From Eubacteriales bacterium (GTDB lineage Bacteria > Bacillota > Clostridia > Oscillospirales > CAG-272), in NCBI GenBank assembly GCA_045128735.1, contig JBGVRT010000052.1, positions 88,137 through 152,136 of the forward strand: a stretch of DNA of 64,000 nt. Reading direction: 5' to 3'. Made by a program: the position numbers and the translations under genes. The notes under the pieces were generated by a model. That model did not search any database. It worked only from the letters and a program-made list of their open reading frames with translations, and was not told the origin of the DNA. This document shows positions 22,885 through 32,863 of this stretch, piece by piece. Within the stretch, counting starts at the first letter, position 1; each line of letters starts with the position of its first letter.

Positions 22885-23841
22885 ATGATAGATAAGGATT
22901 ATGTTTGCGGAGCGTCATCCGACGTGAAAGAATGGCATCAGGTCAAGGGAACGGTAAAGCTTTGCCACCTTGACGACCTTACAGCCATTATGAGTATGAT
23001 AAGCAATAATCTTATGATAGAGGATTTCAGCGATATTGACCTCAAAACCTGCTACGGCGACCTTATAGACGAGTCTATTCTCAATGCCGATAAAACAATT
23101 GCGTCGGTTTCGGTTTTCCTTCCCGTAGAGCAGAATTTCAATGAAGCTATAAGCTTTATCAAGGAGAGAAGCGAGCAGGATGGATTTGAGGTTGATGTTG
23201 AGGTCGTTGGAGTTAACGAGGAGGATTGGGCAAATTCCTGGAAGGCTTACTACAAGCCTCTTGAAATAGGTGAGCGAATCGTTATAGTTCCCGCGTGGGA
23301 GAAATACGATGCCAAGCCCGACAGCGTTATCGTTACAATGGATCCGGGAATGGCTTTCGGAACGGGAACGCACGAAACCACGAGACTTGTTATCGGTTTG
23401 CTTGAAAAGTACACAAAGCAGGGACAGCGCGTGCTTGACGTTGGTTGCGGAAGCGGAATTTTGGCAATATGTGCCTCAAAGCTTGGCGCAAAGGAGTGCA
23501 GAGCTTACGACATAGATGAGGTTGCTGTTCGCGTTGCGCGTGATAATATCGAAATGAATAATTGTGATAATATCACCTGCGACGTTTCAGACCTTCTTAA
23601 GCAGGTTGAGCTTGAGGGCGGACAGTATGACCTTGTGTGCGCCAATATCGTTGCCGATATTATTATCCGTATGCTTCCCGACGTTGGCCGATATATGAAG
23701 GACGATGCCATATTGCTTGCATCGGGCATCATAAATGAACGCGCGGAGGACGTAATGGAAGCCTTTGAAAAATTCGGTTTTGACATCGTAGAGCACGCTG
23801 TAGATAACGGCTGGTGCGCATTCGCAATAAAAAAGAAATAA
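22885..23841 (+). CDS. prmA: Ribosomal protein L11 methyltransferase
   Basis: DPGMAFGTGTHETT, LDVGCGSGILAI, ANI; follows dnaJ. Confidence 0.95.
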   Translation: MIDKDYVCGASSDVKEWHQVKGTVKLCHLDDLTAIMSMISNNLMIEDFSDIDLKTCYGDLIDESILNADKTIASVSVFLPVEQNFNEAISFIKERSEQDGFEVDVEVVGVNEEDWANSWKAYYKPLEIGERIVIVPAWEKYDAKPDSVIVTMDPGMAFGTGTHETTRLVIGLLEKYTKQGQRVLDVGCGSGILAICASKLGAKECRAYDIDEVAVRVARDNIEMNNCDNITCDVSDLLKQVELEGGQYDLVCANIVADIIIRMLPDVGRYMKDDAILLASGIINERAEDVMEAFEKFGFDIVEHAVDNGWCAFAIKKK

Positions 23842-23845
23842 ATTG

Positions 23846-23881
23846 AAATCCGACAATTTGTAAATAATTGTCGGATTTTTT
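23846..23881 (+). terminator. Intrinsic terminator
   Basis: AAATCCGACAATT...AATTGTCGGATTT followed by T run. Confidence 0.8.
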
Positions 23882-23952
23882 GTTAATGTCTTGAATGTGG
23901 TTCGTGTTTGTGATATAATTTATGGGTAGCATTTGATTGCCGAGGTGATGAC

Positions 23953-24633
23953 GTGAACGAAATACGCAAAACTCTCTTTGAACTTGCCGACGAGGATTAT
24001 AAAAGCTTTCACGCAAAGCTTATTCCAAACGTTCCTCGCGAAAGAATAATCGGCGTAAGGACTCCTGCGCTTCGCAAATACGCCAAAGAGATATTTCGCG
24101 GCGGTGAATACGCTGAGTTTTTGAATGAGCTTCCGCACAAGTATTATGAGGAGGATAATCTTCACGCATTTCTTGTAGAGCAAATAAATGATTATAATGA
24201 GGTCGTTTTACACCTTGATAAATTTTTGCCCTTTGTTGATAATTGGGCGACTTGCGATATGACGTCACCTGATTGTTTCTCCAAAAATCTTGATAAGCTT
24301 TACATCGACGCCTGCCGTTGGATAGATTCAAAAAGCACCTACGCAATCAGATTCGGTGTTTGTATGCTCATGAAGTATTATCTTGACTGTAACTTCAAAC
24401 AGGAGTATGCTGAAAAGGTGGCAGGCATAAAAAGTGAGGAATATTATATAAAAATGGTTGTGGCGTGGTATTTTGCCACCGCGCTTGCAGCGAAATATGA
24501 TGTGGCATTGCCTTTTATTGAAAATATCAGACTTGAGAAATGGACTCATAATAAGGCAATACAAAAAGCTTGCGAGAGCTACCGAGTGTCGGATGAAAAT
24601 AAAAAATATCTCAAATCGTTAAGGGTAAAATAA
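23953..24633 (+). CDS. DNA alkylation repair protein (AlkD-like)
   Basis: GVRTPALRK, DNWATCD, EEYYIKMVVAW. Confidence 0.85.
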   Translation: MNEIRKTLFELADEDYKSFHAKLIPNVPRERIIGVRTPALRKYAKEIFRGGEYAEFLNELPHKYYEEDNLHAFLVEQINDYNEVVLHLDKFLPFVDNWATCDMTSPDCFSKNLDKLYIDACRWIDSKSTYAIRFGVCMLMKYYLDCNFKQEYAEKVAGIKSEEYYIKMVVAWYFATALAAKYDVALPFIENIRLEKWTHNKAIQKACESYRVSDENKKYLKSLRVK

Positions 24634-24636
24634 TAA

Positions 24637-26013
24637 ATGGAAAATGTAAAAAAACGCGGCTTCTTTTCAAAAAAAGACGTCGATATGACAGAAGGAAACA
24701 TTTTTAATCATATACTGATGTTCGCGCTTCCGCTTCTTGTGGGCAATCTTTTTCAACAGTTTTATAACACGGTAGACACTTGGGTTATCGGAAATTACGT
24801 TGAAAACGATGCAGCATATGCGGCGGTTGGCTCGGTTGGTCCTATAATCAATATGATAATAGGACTTTTCGTTGGCTTTTCAAGTGGCGCGGGCGTTGTT
24901 ATTTCGCAAAATTACGGCGCAAAGCGATTCGACAAGGTTGAAAAAGCGGTGCATACCGCTATGTGCGTTACTGTTTTGCTTGCGGCTGTGTTTACCGCGC
25001 TTGGAATTTTCCTTGTGCCTTATATGCTGAGCCTTATGAATACGCCAGAAAGCGTTTTCTCAGAGGCTAAAACCTATCTTACAATTTATTTTGCGGGTGT
25101 AATCGGATTGATGATCTATAACATCGGCTCGGGCATACTTCGCGCGGTGGGGGACTCGACCCGTCCCTTTATTTTCCTTGTTGTATCTGCATTGCTCAAT
25201 GTAGTCCTTGACCTTTTGTTTGTTATAAAATTCAAAATGGGCGTTGCTGGCGTGGCGTATGCGACTATTATTGCCCAAGGTGTTTCGGCAATCCTTGTGA
25301 TTATTACATTGCTTACTGCAAAAAACTGTATAAAAATGATACCGAGTCACCTGAGTATCGACAAGGAATCGCTTTTCAAAATCGCTAAAATCGGATTTCC
25401 CGCAGCACTTCAACTTTCAATTACAGCCTTTTCAAACGTTTTTGTGCAGTCTTACATAAATCAGTTCGGTGAGGATTGTATGTCTGGTTGGACCTCTTAC
25501 GCTAAGATAGACCAGTTTATGTTCTTGCCTATGCAGTCGTTGGCTATTGCTATAACCACGTTCGTTGGACAAAATCTGGGGTGCGAAAGAGTGGACAGAG
25601 CAAAAAAGGGTATAAAAATAACCACCCTTATGGCGGTTACCTCAACAGTAATAATTCTTATTCCCGTAATGGTCTTTTCGGATCAACTCGTGTATTTCTT
25701 TAACCAAAATCCCGAGGTCATAAGATACGGAGGAATGTTGCTCAGATATATTTCGCCGTTTTACATTCTCTGCTGCTTTAATCAGATAATCGCGGGTGCG
25801 CTCCGCGGTGCGGGAAACAGCCGTGCACCCATGATAATAATGCTTACTTCCTTTGTGGCGTTCAGACAGGTGTATATGTTTATTATGTCAAACTTTATTT
25901 GCAACGAGATAATTCCCATAGCAATGGGATATCCCGCAGGTTGGCTTTTAAGCTCAATACTCTCGTTTATCTACTATAAAAAGGTTGATCTTAAGAAAAA
26001 AGTTGTTATTTAG
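24637..26013 (+). CDS. MATE family transporter
   Basis: About 12 TM; FQQFYNTVD, LRAVGDS..P, GVAGVAYAT. Confidence 0.92.
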   Translation: MENVKKRGFFSKKDVDMTEGNIFNHILMFALPLLVGNLFQQFYNTVDTWVIGNYVENDAAYAAVGSVGPIINMIIGLFVGFSSGAGVVISQNYGAKRFDKVEKAVHTAMCVTVLLAAVFTALGIFLVPYMLSLMNTPESVFSEAKTYLTIYFAGVIGLMIYNIGSGILRAVGDSTRPFIFLVVSALLNVVLDLLFVIKFKMGVAGVAYATIIAQGVSAILVIITLLTAKNCIKMIPSHLSIDKESLFKIAKIGFPAALQLSITAFSNVFVQSYINQFGEDCMSGWTSYAKIDQFMFLPMQSLAIAITTFVGQNLGCERVDRAKKGIKITTLMAVTSTVIILIPVMVFSDQLVYFFNQNPEVIRYGGMLLRYISPFYILCCFNQIIAGALRGAGNSRAPMIIMLTSFVAFRQVYMFIMSNFICNEIIPIAMGYPAGWLLSSILSFIYYKKVDLKKKVVI

Positions 26014-26022
26014 GAGGTAATT

Positions 26023-26403
26023 ATGAAAAGTATAAAACCGGGAAGAGGACCGTCATTTATGGGCGGTATCGTGAGCCTTTTTATGGGCTTGTTCGGTGTT
26101 GTGTGGACTGTTTTGGTAGCAAGTGTAGGTGGGGGAATATTTGCTCTTTTTGGGGTGATATTTATTGCCGTGGCGATTGTGATGGCTTTATATCATTTTA
26201 AGAATGCGACGGGGAAGAACAGATATTCGGCTTATGATATAACTGAGCAGGGTGAAGAACCTGATCCGTTAAATGAGCGCTTTGAAAATAAAAAACAGGG
26301 TGAGATCAAAAAAGAGGGTGAAAACAGATTTTGCCCATATTGCGGAACCGCGGTTTCCGAGGACTATGAATTTTGCAATAAATGCGGAAGAAAATTGCCT
26401 TGA
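26023..26403 (+). CDS. Small 2-TM protein with C-terminal zinc ribbon
   Basis: Two hydrophobic helices; CPYCG...FCNKCG. Confidence 0.8.
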   Translation: MKSIKPGRGPSFMGGIVSLFMGLFGVVWTVLVASVGGGIFALFGVIFIAVAIVMALYHFKNATGKNRYSAYDITEQGEEPDPLNERFENKKQGEIKKEGENRFCPYCGTAVSEDYEFCNKCGRKLP

Positions 26404-26407
26404 TTTG

Positions 26408-26440
26408 AAAAGGTGCTGAGTTAACAACTCAGCACCTTTT
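26408..26440. terminator. Bidirectional intrinsic terminator
   Basis: AAAAGGTGCTGAGTT-aac-AACTCAGCACCTTTT between convergent genes. Confidence 0.85.
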
Positions 26441-28099
26441 TTAATCTTTTTTGAATGATATTGTGATTTCTGTACCAACGTTCGGAGTGCTTTCAAGGTG
26501 AATGTCTGCATCGTGAAAAAGTGCACCGTGCTTGACGATAGAAAGTCCGAGACCCGTGCCGCCCGTCTGTTTTGAGTGGCTTTTGTCAACTCGGTAGAAC
26601 CGTTCGAAAACGCGGCTTTGGTGGTCGTAGGGAATACCTATTCCCGTGTCCTTTACCGACACGTTGGCGCGTCCGTCCGCCTCCGACAGTTCAATTTTTA
26701 CGCTTCCGTTTTCTTTGTTGTATTTTATGGCGTTGTCGCAAATGTTGTAAATCATTTCGAAAACAATTTGCTTTACGCCGTTTATCTTGGTACGAGTACC
26801 CTCAAGCTCTACGCTGACGCCTTTGCGCTCTGCGGCATCCTCAAGCACCGTAACAGCCTCGTCGCAAAGGTCGTACAGGTCAAGCTCCTCGGTTTCGTAG
26901 GAGCTTCTTGAATCAAGCTCGGAAATTTTGATAATGTCGTTAACAAGCGTTATCAGACGGCGCGATTCCTTGTAAATCGTGGCAGATATATCTGTAATGT
27001 CGGATTGCTTTACCATTCCGTTCATCATTAGCTCGGCAAATCCCGAAATGGACGTGAGCGGTGTTTTCAACTCGTGGGATACGTTTGCAGTAAACTCCTG
27101 TCGCATGGTTTCACGCTGATTTTTCTCACTTATGTCAAGAATGAGTATAATTGCACCAACGGTAACAACCTCATTGTTAACGGGGCTTGCAATTATCTGA
27201 CAGCAGGTTTCACCGCGAAAGAATTTCGCTTCAAAGTGATTTCCCGATAACGCGCTGTTCACGCCCTCGAGTACCGTCTCATTGTCGGTAAGATTTGATA
27301 CGTATCTGTATTCTTTTCCTGTTTCACTGCCAAGAAGTCTCGGGGCGGCAGGATTAAATGAAAGAATATTTCTGAACGAGTCAATTATAATAAATCCCTC
27401 GCTCATATTTTTCGTAATAGTATCAAACTCAGTCTGCTTGCGCTTTAAGTCGGATATCTGTCGGTCTATTGTTGCGTTTTGCTCATTCAGCTTTTTGATA
27501 AGCGGCTTCAGCTCGTCGTAAAGCATTTCCTTGTCGGGATGCGTTACGTCAAGGTTGTTAAGCGGTTCGGTTATTGCCTTTGAAATTTGCGAGCTGACTA
27601 TGGCGGAAATAATGAAAATTACAGCGCCGATAAGCAGAATGGGTTGGGTTATACCTGCGATGATGACCGATGTGGAGCTTTCGGTGTCGGATATTCTGAG
27701 CACTGAACCGTCGGAGAGTCTTACCGCGTGATATATCGTTCGTTCGGTCAGCGTTTCGGATGCGCGTGTGCTTTTGCCCGAACCGTTTTTTATCGCCTCT
27801 GAAATTTCTTCTCGGTTAAGGTGGTTGTCCATCTGTGATACGTCGGTAATGGTGTTATCAAAAAGTACCGTACCTTCAGCAGAAACGTAAGTTATGCGCT
27901 TACTGTGGACCTCAAGATTCCTTAAATATTCTATACCGTTTTCCTCAATCCCCTCGGCAATATAAGCCGCTGAACTTTCAAGCTCGTTGATTACCTGAGT
28001 GTTGAAGTAATTAAAAAGTACTGCGATAACGAAAAGTATGCATGCGAACAGCGCGATAACAGAGGTTAGCGCCATAGCGCGGAAAATTCGTTTAGTCAT
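26441..28099 (-). CDS. PhoR-like sensor histidine kinase with PAS domain
   Basis: Two TM; ANVSHELKTPLT, DNAIKYN, DTGIGIP, FERFYRVDKS, GTGLGLSIVKH. Confidence 0.92.
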   Translation of the reverse strand: MTKRIFRAMALTSVIALFACILFVIAVLFNYFNTQVINELESSAAYIAEGIEENGIEYLRNLEVHSKRITYVSAEGTVLFDNTITDVSQMDNHLNREEISEAIKNGSGKSTRASETLTERTIYHAVRLSDGSVLRISDTESSTSVIIAGITQPILLIGAVIFIISAIVSSQISKAITEPLNNLDVTHPDKEMLYDELKPLIKKLNEQNATIDRQISDLKRKQTEFDTITKNMSEGFIIIDSFRNILSFNPAAPRLLGSETGKEYRYVSNLTDNETVLEGVNSALSGNHFEAKFFRGETCCQIIASPVNNEVVTVGAIILILDISEKNQRETMRQEFTANVSHELKTPLTSISGFAELMMNGMVKQSDITDISATIYKESRRLITLVNDIIKISELDSRSSYETEELDLYDLCDEAVTVLEDAAERKGVSVELEGTRTKINGVKQIVFEMIYNICDNAIKYNKENGSVKIELSEADGRANVSVKDTGIGIPYDHQSRVFERFYRVDKSHSKQTGGTGLGLSIVKHGALFHDADIHLESTPNVGTEITISFKKD

Positions 28100-28775
28100 C
28101 GTTCGCCTCTCCCAATTTGTAACCGACGCCCTTTATGGTCTCAATACAGCTTCCCGCATCTCCCAGCTTTTGGCGTAGGTGCCTTATATGAACGTCAACA
28201 GTTCGGCTTTCGCCGTCAAAGGCGTATCCCCATACGGTGTTGAGAAGAACGTCACGTGAGAGAACTAATCCTTTGTTTTCAAATAGAACCTTTAGAAGCT
28301 CAAATTCCTTGAAGGAGAGGTCTATTTTTACTCCGTTTACCTTTACAACATGCTTTTGAGAAGAAAGCGAAAGAGAACCGCATATAAATTCCTCGGGCTC
28401 CGCCGTGGGAGCTTCTGCCCGTCTTAAGAGTGCCTTTATCCTTGCTATAAGCTCCATCATTCCGAATGGTTTTGCTATGTAGTCGTCTGCACCGAGGTCA
28501 AGACCTATTATCTTGTCATATTCCGAGGATTTTGCGGTGAGCATTATTATGGGCAATCTCTCGTATTTCTTTTGCGCACGAAGCTTTTTGAGAATGGAAA
28601 GCCCGTCTTCCTCGGGAAGCATTATGTCAAGCAAAAGCAACGACGGTGCTGTTTTCTCAAGGGCTGAATAAAAGGCTGACGGAGTAGGGAAGCTTTGAAT
28701 TTCAAATCCGCTGCTTGCTAAAGCGTATTCCACAAGCTTGCGAATATCGCTGTCGTCTTCAACCAGATATATCAT
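28092..28775 (-). CDS. PhoB/OmpR-family response regulator
   Basis: VEDD, LLDIMLP, GADDYIAKPF, SRTVDVHIRHLR, GVGYK. Confidence 0.94.
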   Translation of the reverse strand: MIYLVEDDSDIRKLVEYALASSGFEIQSFPTPSAFYSALEKTAPSLLLLDIMLPEEDGLSILKKLRAQKKYERLPIIMLTAKSSEYDKIIGLDLGADDYIAKPFGMMELIARIKALLRRAEAPTAEPEEFICGSLSLSSQKHVVKVNGVKIDLSFKEFELLKVLFENKGLVLSRDVLLNTVWGYAFDGESRTVDVHIRHLRQKLGDAGSCIETIKGVGYKLGEANDD

Positions 28776-28908
28776 AATAACACCTCCAATTCACCAATTA
28801 TAATACCATATTTTGAAACTTTTTTCAATATGTTTTTATTATAAATTAAATATGTTAATTCCGAAAGTAATCTAATGTTAAATCTCGGTAAAAAATTACG
28901 GAAAACTA

Positions 28909-28937
28909 TTGACAAATCGGTATAAATCGTGTATAAT
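28909..28937 (+). promoter_or_regulatory. Sigma-A promoter of tRNA-Val
   Basis: Consensus TTGACA-17 bp-TATAAT. Confidence 0.85.
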
Positions 28938-28952
28938 ACTGCTTGTGAATAC

Positions 28953-29029
28953 GGAGGCATAGCTCAGTTGGTTAGAGTACTTGCTTGACATGCAAGGGGT
29001 CGCAGATTCGAGTTCTGCTGTCTCCACCA
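28953..29029 (+). tRNA. tRNA-Val (GAC)
   Basis: GGAGGCA/TGTCTCC acceptor stem, D arm AGCTCAGTTGGTTAGAG, anticodon arm CTTGC-TTGACAT-GCAAG, TTCGA T loop, encoded CCA. Confidence 0.96.
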
Positions 29030-29055
29030 AATCCCCGAGTCTTTGACTTGGGGAT
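29030..29055 (+). terminator. Hairpin/terminator after tRNA-Val
   Basis: ATCCCCGAGTC-ttt-GACTTGGGGAT. Confidence 0.6.
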
Positions 29056-29141
29056 TCTACTTTTCGTAGATGTTGGCTTTTTGGCTTGACATCTGCTTTT
29101 TTTTATGATATACTGCAAATAACGTCTTGCGGAGGTGAATT

Positions 29142-31589
29142 ATGAAAAAGTTTTTTCTTGATAAGAATTGGAGCATGTACAACGAAAAGGTGGGCGTGGT
29201 TGAAGCTGCTGTTCCCGGATGTGTACATACCGATTTGATAAATTGCGGACAGATAGAGGATCTTTATTGGCGTGACAATAACGATAAATATCAGTGGATA
29301 GAAAACGAGGATTTTACTTATACCTGCGTTTTTGACGCTGAGGAGTCCGAGGATGCCGTTCTGGTTTTCGAGGGACTTGACACCTATTGCGAAATATATC
29401 TTAACGGCGAGCATATCGGCAGTGCGCAGAATATGTATATTCCGCACGAATACAAGGTAGGCGGTAAGCTAAAGGCAAGCGGTAACGAGCTTCGGGTTGA
29501 GTTGCGTTCGCCAATAAAAGAAGTCGAAAATATGCCCGAGCGCAGGGGCGCGTTCACAAAAGAGCGCATAAATACACGCAGAATGCAGTGCACCTATAGC
29601 TGGGACTGGGTTGACCGATTCGTTACTTGCGGAATATATCGCCCCGTATACATTAAATACGGCAACGATATGCACGTTGACTCGGTTTATATTGTGACTG
29701 AAAATATTGATGAATACAGCGCGCAGATACGTGCTGAAATCGACCTTAACAACTTTGAAAACGGAGGCACAATGCAGATTGAAGTAATCGCTCCCGACGG
29801 AGAGGTTATTGCAAACGAGCGCGTATATTCCAAAGAGCCTAAGGTTGTGCGCCGATACGACATCGAGAATCCCGAACTTTGGTATCCTCTCGGATACGGT
29901 GAGCACCCGATTTATACCTATCGCATAACGCTTGGAGAGAATCTGTTTGAGGACACATTTGGAATCCGTACGATGAAGATTCTTCAGCTTGAGGACAAAG
30001 AGGGAAGCGAGGAAGAAAAGTACTGCCAAGAAATAAGAAAATACGTGGCGGGACAGATAAAAGACCACAATGAAAAAACAAGAGGCTTTCAAATAGTTAT
30101 AAACGGCATAAAGATTCTTGCATTTGGCGGCAACTGGGTACCCTGCGATCCGTTCCCGTCCGAGGTAACTGCCGAAAGATACGAAAAACTTGTCGAAATG
30201 GCAGCCGAAATGAACCTTAATATGCTTCGTGTCTGGGGCGGTGGACTTTTTGAGGACAGAGCTTTTTTCGATGCCTGCGACAGATTTGGAATAATGGTTT
30301 CTCAGGATTTCCTTATGGCGTGCGGAGCATATCCCGATGATGAGGAGTGGTTTATTGATGAACTGAAGAAAGAGGCGGAATACGGCGTAAAGCTTTTGAG
30401 AAATCATCCGTCGTTTATGTGGTATTCGGGTGATAACGAAAACGGCATAGACGGCTCGGATATTGCCGAGGATTACAAAGGCAGACGCGCCGCATATGAA
30501 GCATCTGCTCCCGCCGTTTATAAATATGACCCGAACCGTCAGTTCCTTCCGTCCAGTCCGTACGGCGGAAACGTAAATATGTCGCGTACTGTTGGCACAC
30601 AGCATAACACCAACTATCTCGGTTATTATAATCAGTTTTTCAATGAAACTGAGTGCATAAAGTATAAGGAGCACCTTGAAAACTTCAAGGGACGCTTTAT
30701 AGCCGAAGAGCCCGTCTTTACTATGGCTAATAAAAATACGCTTTTGCGCTTTATGACATCTGAGGATATTGAGGACCCCGATGAAGCCATGCTTGAGCAC
30801 CATACCAAATGTGACCCCAATACCAAGAAGCCCATATATTATTCGATAACAAGATTTGCAAAAAAGATAATGGGTGAGCCCGAAAATCCCGATATCAGGC
30901 TCTTTGAGTATAAGTACGTGGGCTATGAGTGGGCGCGGGTGGTTATGGAGAATATGCGCCGCCATATAGGCTGTTGGAACGGAATGGTTTTCTGGATGTA
31001 TAACGATTGTTGGCCCGCGTCAATGAGCTGGTCGTTTGTCGATTATTACGGAATGCCAAAGGCAAGCTTCTACGCTTTCCGCAGATGTGCCCGTCACGCC
31101 GTCGCTTCTGTAACCTGCGAAAACGGAGAATATAGAGTTACTGTTTCGAATTGTTCGAATAAGAGTCTGGATTCCAAAATTCACGCTTACCTTATGAGGA
31201 AAAGCGAGAACTTCAAAATCGTTGAAGAAAAAGAGCTTCTTCTTTCCGCAGAACGGTATTCCGCAGGCTCCGCGTCGCTTGACTGGAGCTTTGACGAGGA
31301 TTGCGTGGTAGTCTGTGACGCGGATTTCGGAGAATATACCGACCGCGCGTTCTATTCCTACGACAGACTTTTCATTAAGGATTGCTCGGAAAACATTGAG
31401 GTTGTTGACTTTGATTTCGACAGCGTAACTATAAGGGCAAATAGCTACGTACACGCAGTAGAGCTTGAGGGCGAGTGTATTTTCAGCGATAACTATTTCT
31501 CGCTTATGGCAGGCGAGGAAAAGACGGTCACATGGAAACAACTTGGCGAAAACGACGATTTCGGAATATACGCATACACACTTAAATAA
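29142..31589 (+). CDS. GH2 beta-mannosidase-like glycoside hydrolase
   Basis: VPGCVHTDL, FEGLDT, SWDW, GGNWVP, NMLRVWGGG, RNHPS..SGDNE, WMYNDCWP; no signal peptide. Confidence 0.9.
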   Translation: MKKFFLDKNWSMYNEKVGVVEAAVPGCVHTDLINCGQIEDLYWRDNNDKYQWIENEDFTYTCVFDAEESEDAVLVFEGLDTYCEIYLNGEHIGSAQNMYIPHEYKVGGKLKASGNELRVELRSPIKEVENMPERRGAFTKERINTRRMQCTYSWDWVDRFVTCGIYRPVYIKYGNDMHVDSVYIVTENIDEYSAQIRAEIDLNNFENGGTMQIEVIAPDGEVIANERVYSKEPKVVRRYDIENPELWYPLGYGEHPIYTYRITLGENLFEDTFGIRTMKILQLEDKEGSEEEKYCQEIRKYVAGQIKDHNEKTRGFQIVINGIKILAFGGNWVPCDPFPSEVTAERYEKLVEMAAEMNLNMLRVWGGGLFEDRAFFDACDRFGIMVSQDFLMACGAYPDDEEWFIDELKKEAEYGVKLLRNHPSFMWYSGDNENGIDGSDIAEDYKGRRAAYEASAPAVYKYDPNRQFLPSSPYGGNVNMSRTVGTQHNTNYLGYYNQFFNETECIKYKEHLENFKGRFIAEEPVFTMANKNTLLRFMTSEDIEDPDEAMLEHHTKCDPNTKKPIYYSITRFAKKIMGEPENPDIRLFEYKYVGYEWARVVMENMRRHIGCWNGMVFWMYNDCWPASMSWSFVDYYGMPKASFYAFRRCARHAVASVTCENGEYRVTVSNCSNKSLDSKIHAYLMRKSENFKIVEEKELLLSAERYSAGSASLDWSFDEDCVVVCDADFGEYTDRAFYSYDRLFIKDCSENIEVVDFDFDSVTIRANSYVHAVELEGECIFSDNYFSLMAGEEKTVTWKQLGENDDFGIYAYTLK

Positions 31590-31593
31590 TCTT

Positions 31594-31623
31594 AATCCCC
31601 GAACAAAAAGTTCGGGGATTTTT
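31594..31623 (+). terminator. Intrinsic terminator
   Basis: AATCCCCGAAC-aaaaa-GTTCGGGGATT followed by T run. Confidence 0.85.
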
Positions 31624-31633
31624 AATTTTGCTA

Positions 31634-31686
31634 TTGACATAACGGTTTATATATGCTAAAATATATACATCGAGTATCTATGTATA
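31634..31686 (+). promoter_or_regulatory. padR promoter with overlapping inverted-repeat operator
   Basis: TTGACA-17 bp-TAAAAT (TG extended), then TATACATCGA-gta-TCTATGTATA. Confidence 0.7.
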
Positions 31687-31700
31687 ATAAGGAGATAGTT

Positions 31701-32033
31701 ATGAAAATAGGCAAAGAGCTTGCGAAGGGAAGCACAGGGCTTCTTGTTTTAAGTGTGATTTCGGAGCAGGAAATGTACGGTTATCAGATAATACAGGTAA
31801 TATCAGCCCGTTCCGAATCTGTTTTTAATCTTAATGAGGGTACACTGTATCCCATATTGCATGCACTTGAAAAGGAGGGCTGTCTGTCGTCATACCGTGC
31901 GATGAGCGAAAGCGGTAGAGAGCGAAAATATTATCGTATCACACCTCAAGGTGAATTGTGGCTTAAGGTTCACAAGGAAGAGTGGCGGACGTTTTCAAGG
32001 GCTGTCAATAAAATAGTAAACGGAGAGCTTTGA
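31701..32033 (+). CDS. PadR-family transcriptional regulator
   Basis: MYGYQI, EGTLYPILH, GRERKYYRITPQG; ATG 31701 after AAGGAG. Confidence 0.93.
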   Translation: MKIGKELAKGSTGLLVLSVISEQEMYGYQIIQVISARSESVFNLNEGTLYPILHALEKEGCLSSYRAMSESGRERKYYRITPQGELWLKVHKEEWRTFSRAVNKIVNGEL

Positions 32034-32034
32034 G

Positions 32035-32769
32035 ATGTCTGATTTTGATTTGAATAAAAGCATTGATGATTTTGTGGATATAGTCAGTGGTGGTATATTT
32101 TCTGCCAAGGCGCGCCAAGAGGTGGCTCGTGAATATGCAGAGCATATTGAGGATTCAATGATGAGATATCAGCTTGGCGGTGCGACACCCAAGGAAGCAT
32201 TTTATAAAGCCTGTGATGATTTGGGGTCTCCCGAAAAGATTCGAAGAATGCTTGCTAATTTCTACAATAGGGGTAAGTTTATTAAGGTGTCAATAGACTG
32301 GCGGTCGATTAGACAGCATATTTCTTTTTTTGTTGCATTGATAGTTTTCTTTTTTACTTTGAAGTTTTATGAGCCTGCGGGAGATATGACAGTGGCTATT
32401 TGTGTTGCTGTATTTATTGTAATATACGGGATTTTATTTGATATTTGTGCCATATCAAAGAGGAAACTACGTATTCCTTTTTTGCATCATTTTTCCAAAA
32501 TAAAGGTTATAATGTTGTCATTTGGCGTCTGTTCAAATTTGTATTTTGTTTTGTTTGTGTTGTCGCTTTTTCCTATCGTTTACATTGAAATGTTTTTTGT
32601 AACGTTTTTTCCTGCCGTTGTAATGGTTTTACCTATTTTTGCCAGCGTGGCAGATAAGCTTGAGGAATGGAAAATTCCCAAAAAGGTATTTTGGTCTGTT
32701 CATGCCTCGGCTTTTCTTGTAATCTTTGTTATAGGGATTACTCTAACGTCAATTATAAAGAAAATGTAA
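32035..32769 (+). CDS. PadR-associated membrane protein (N-terminal permease-prefix/HAAS-like domain plus about 5 TM)
   Basis: EYAEHIED...EAFYKACDDLGSP followed by hydrophobic helices. Confidence 0.7.
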   Translation: MSDFDLNKSIDDFVDIVSGGIFSAKARQEVAREYAEHIEDSMMRYQLGGATPKEAFYKACDDLGSPEKIRRMLANFYNRGKFIKVSIDWRSIRQHISFFVALIVFFFTLKFYEPAGDMTVAICVAVFIVIYGILFDICAISKRKLRIPFLHHFSKIKVIMLSFGVCSNLYFVLFVLSLFPIVYIEMFFVTFFPAVVMVLPIFASVADKLEEWKIPKKVFWSVHASAFLVIFVIGITLTSIIKKM

Positions 32770-32863
32770 TATGAATTTCCAAATTAATACAATTTTTTCA
32801 AATGCTGTTGACTAATGTTTGTTTGTATGTTAAAATTAGATAACCAAAAACTTGGAGGGCAAA

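Noticed and set aside
28853..28881. Pho-box-like TTAACA repeats upstream of the response regulator
   Set aside because: Two copies 23 bp apart in AT-rich DNA, not the expected 11-bp tandem spacing.
28953..31589. tRNA-Val as an island integration site
   Set aside because: No integrase, no duplicated tRNA 3' end seen, no compositional shift.
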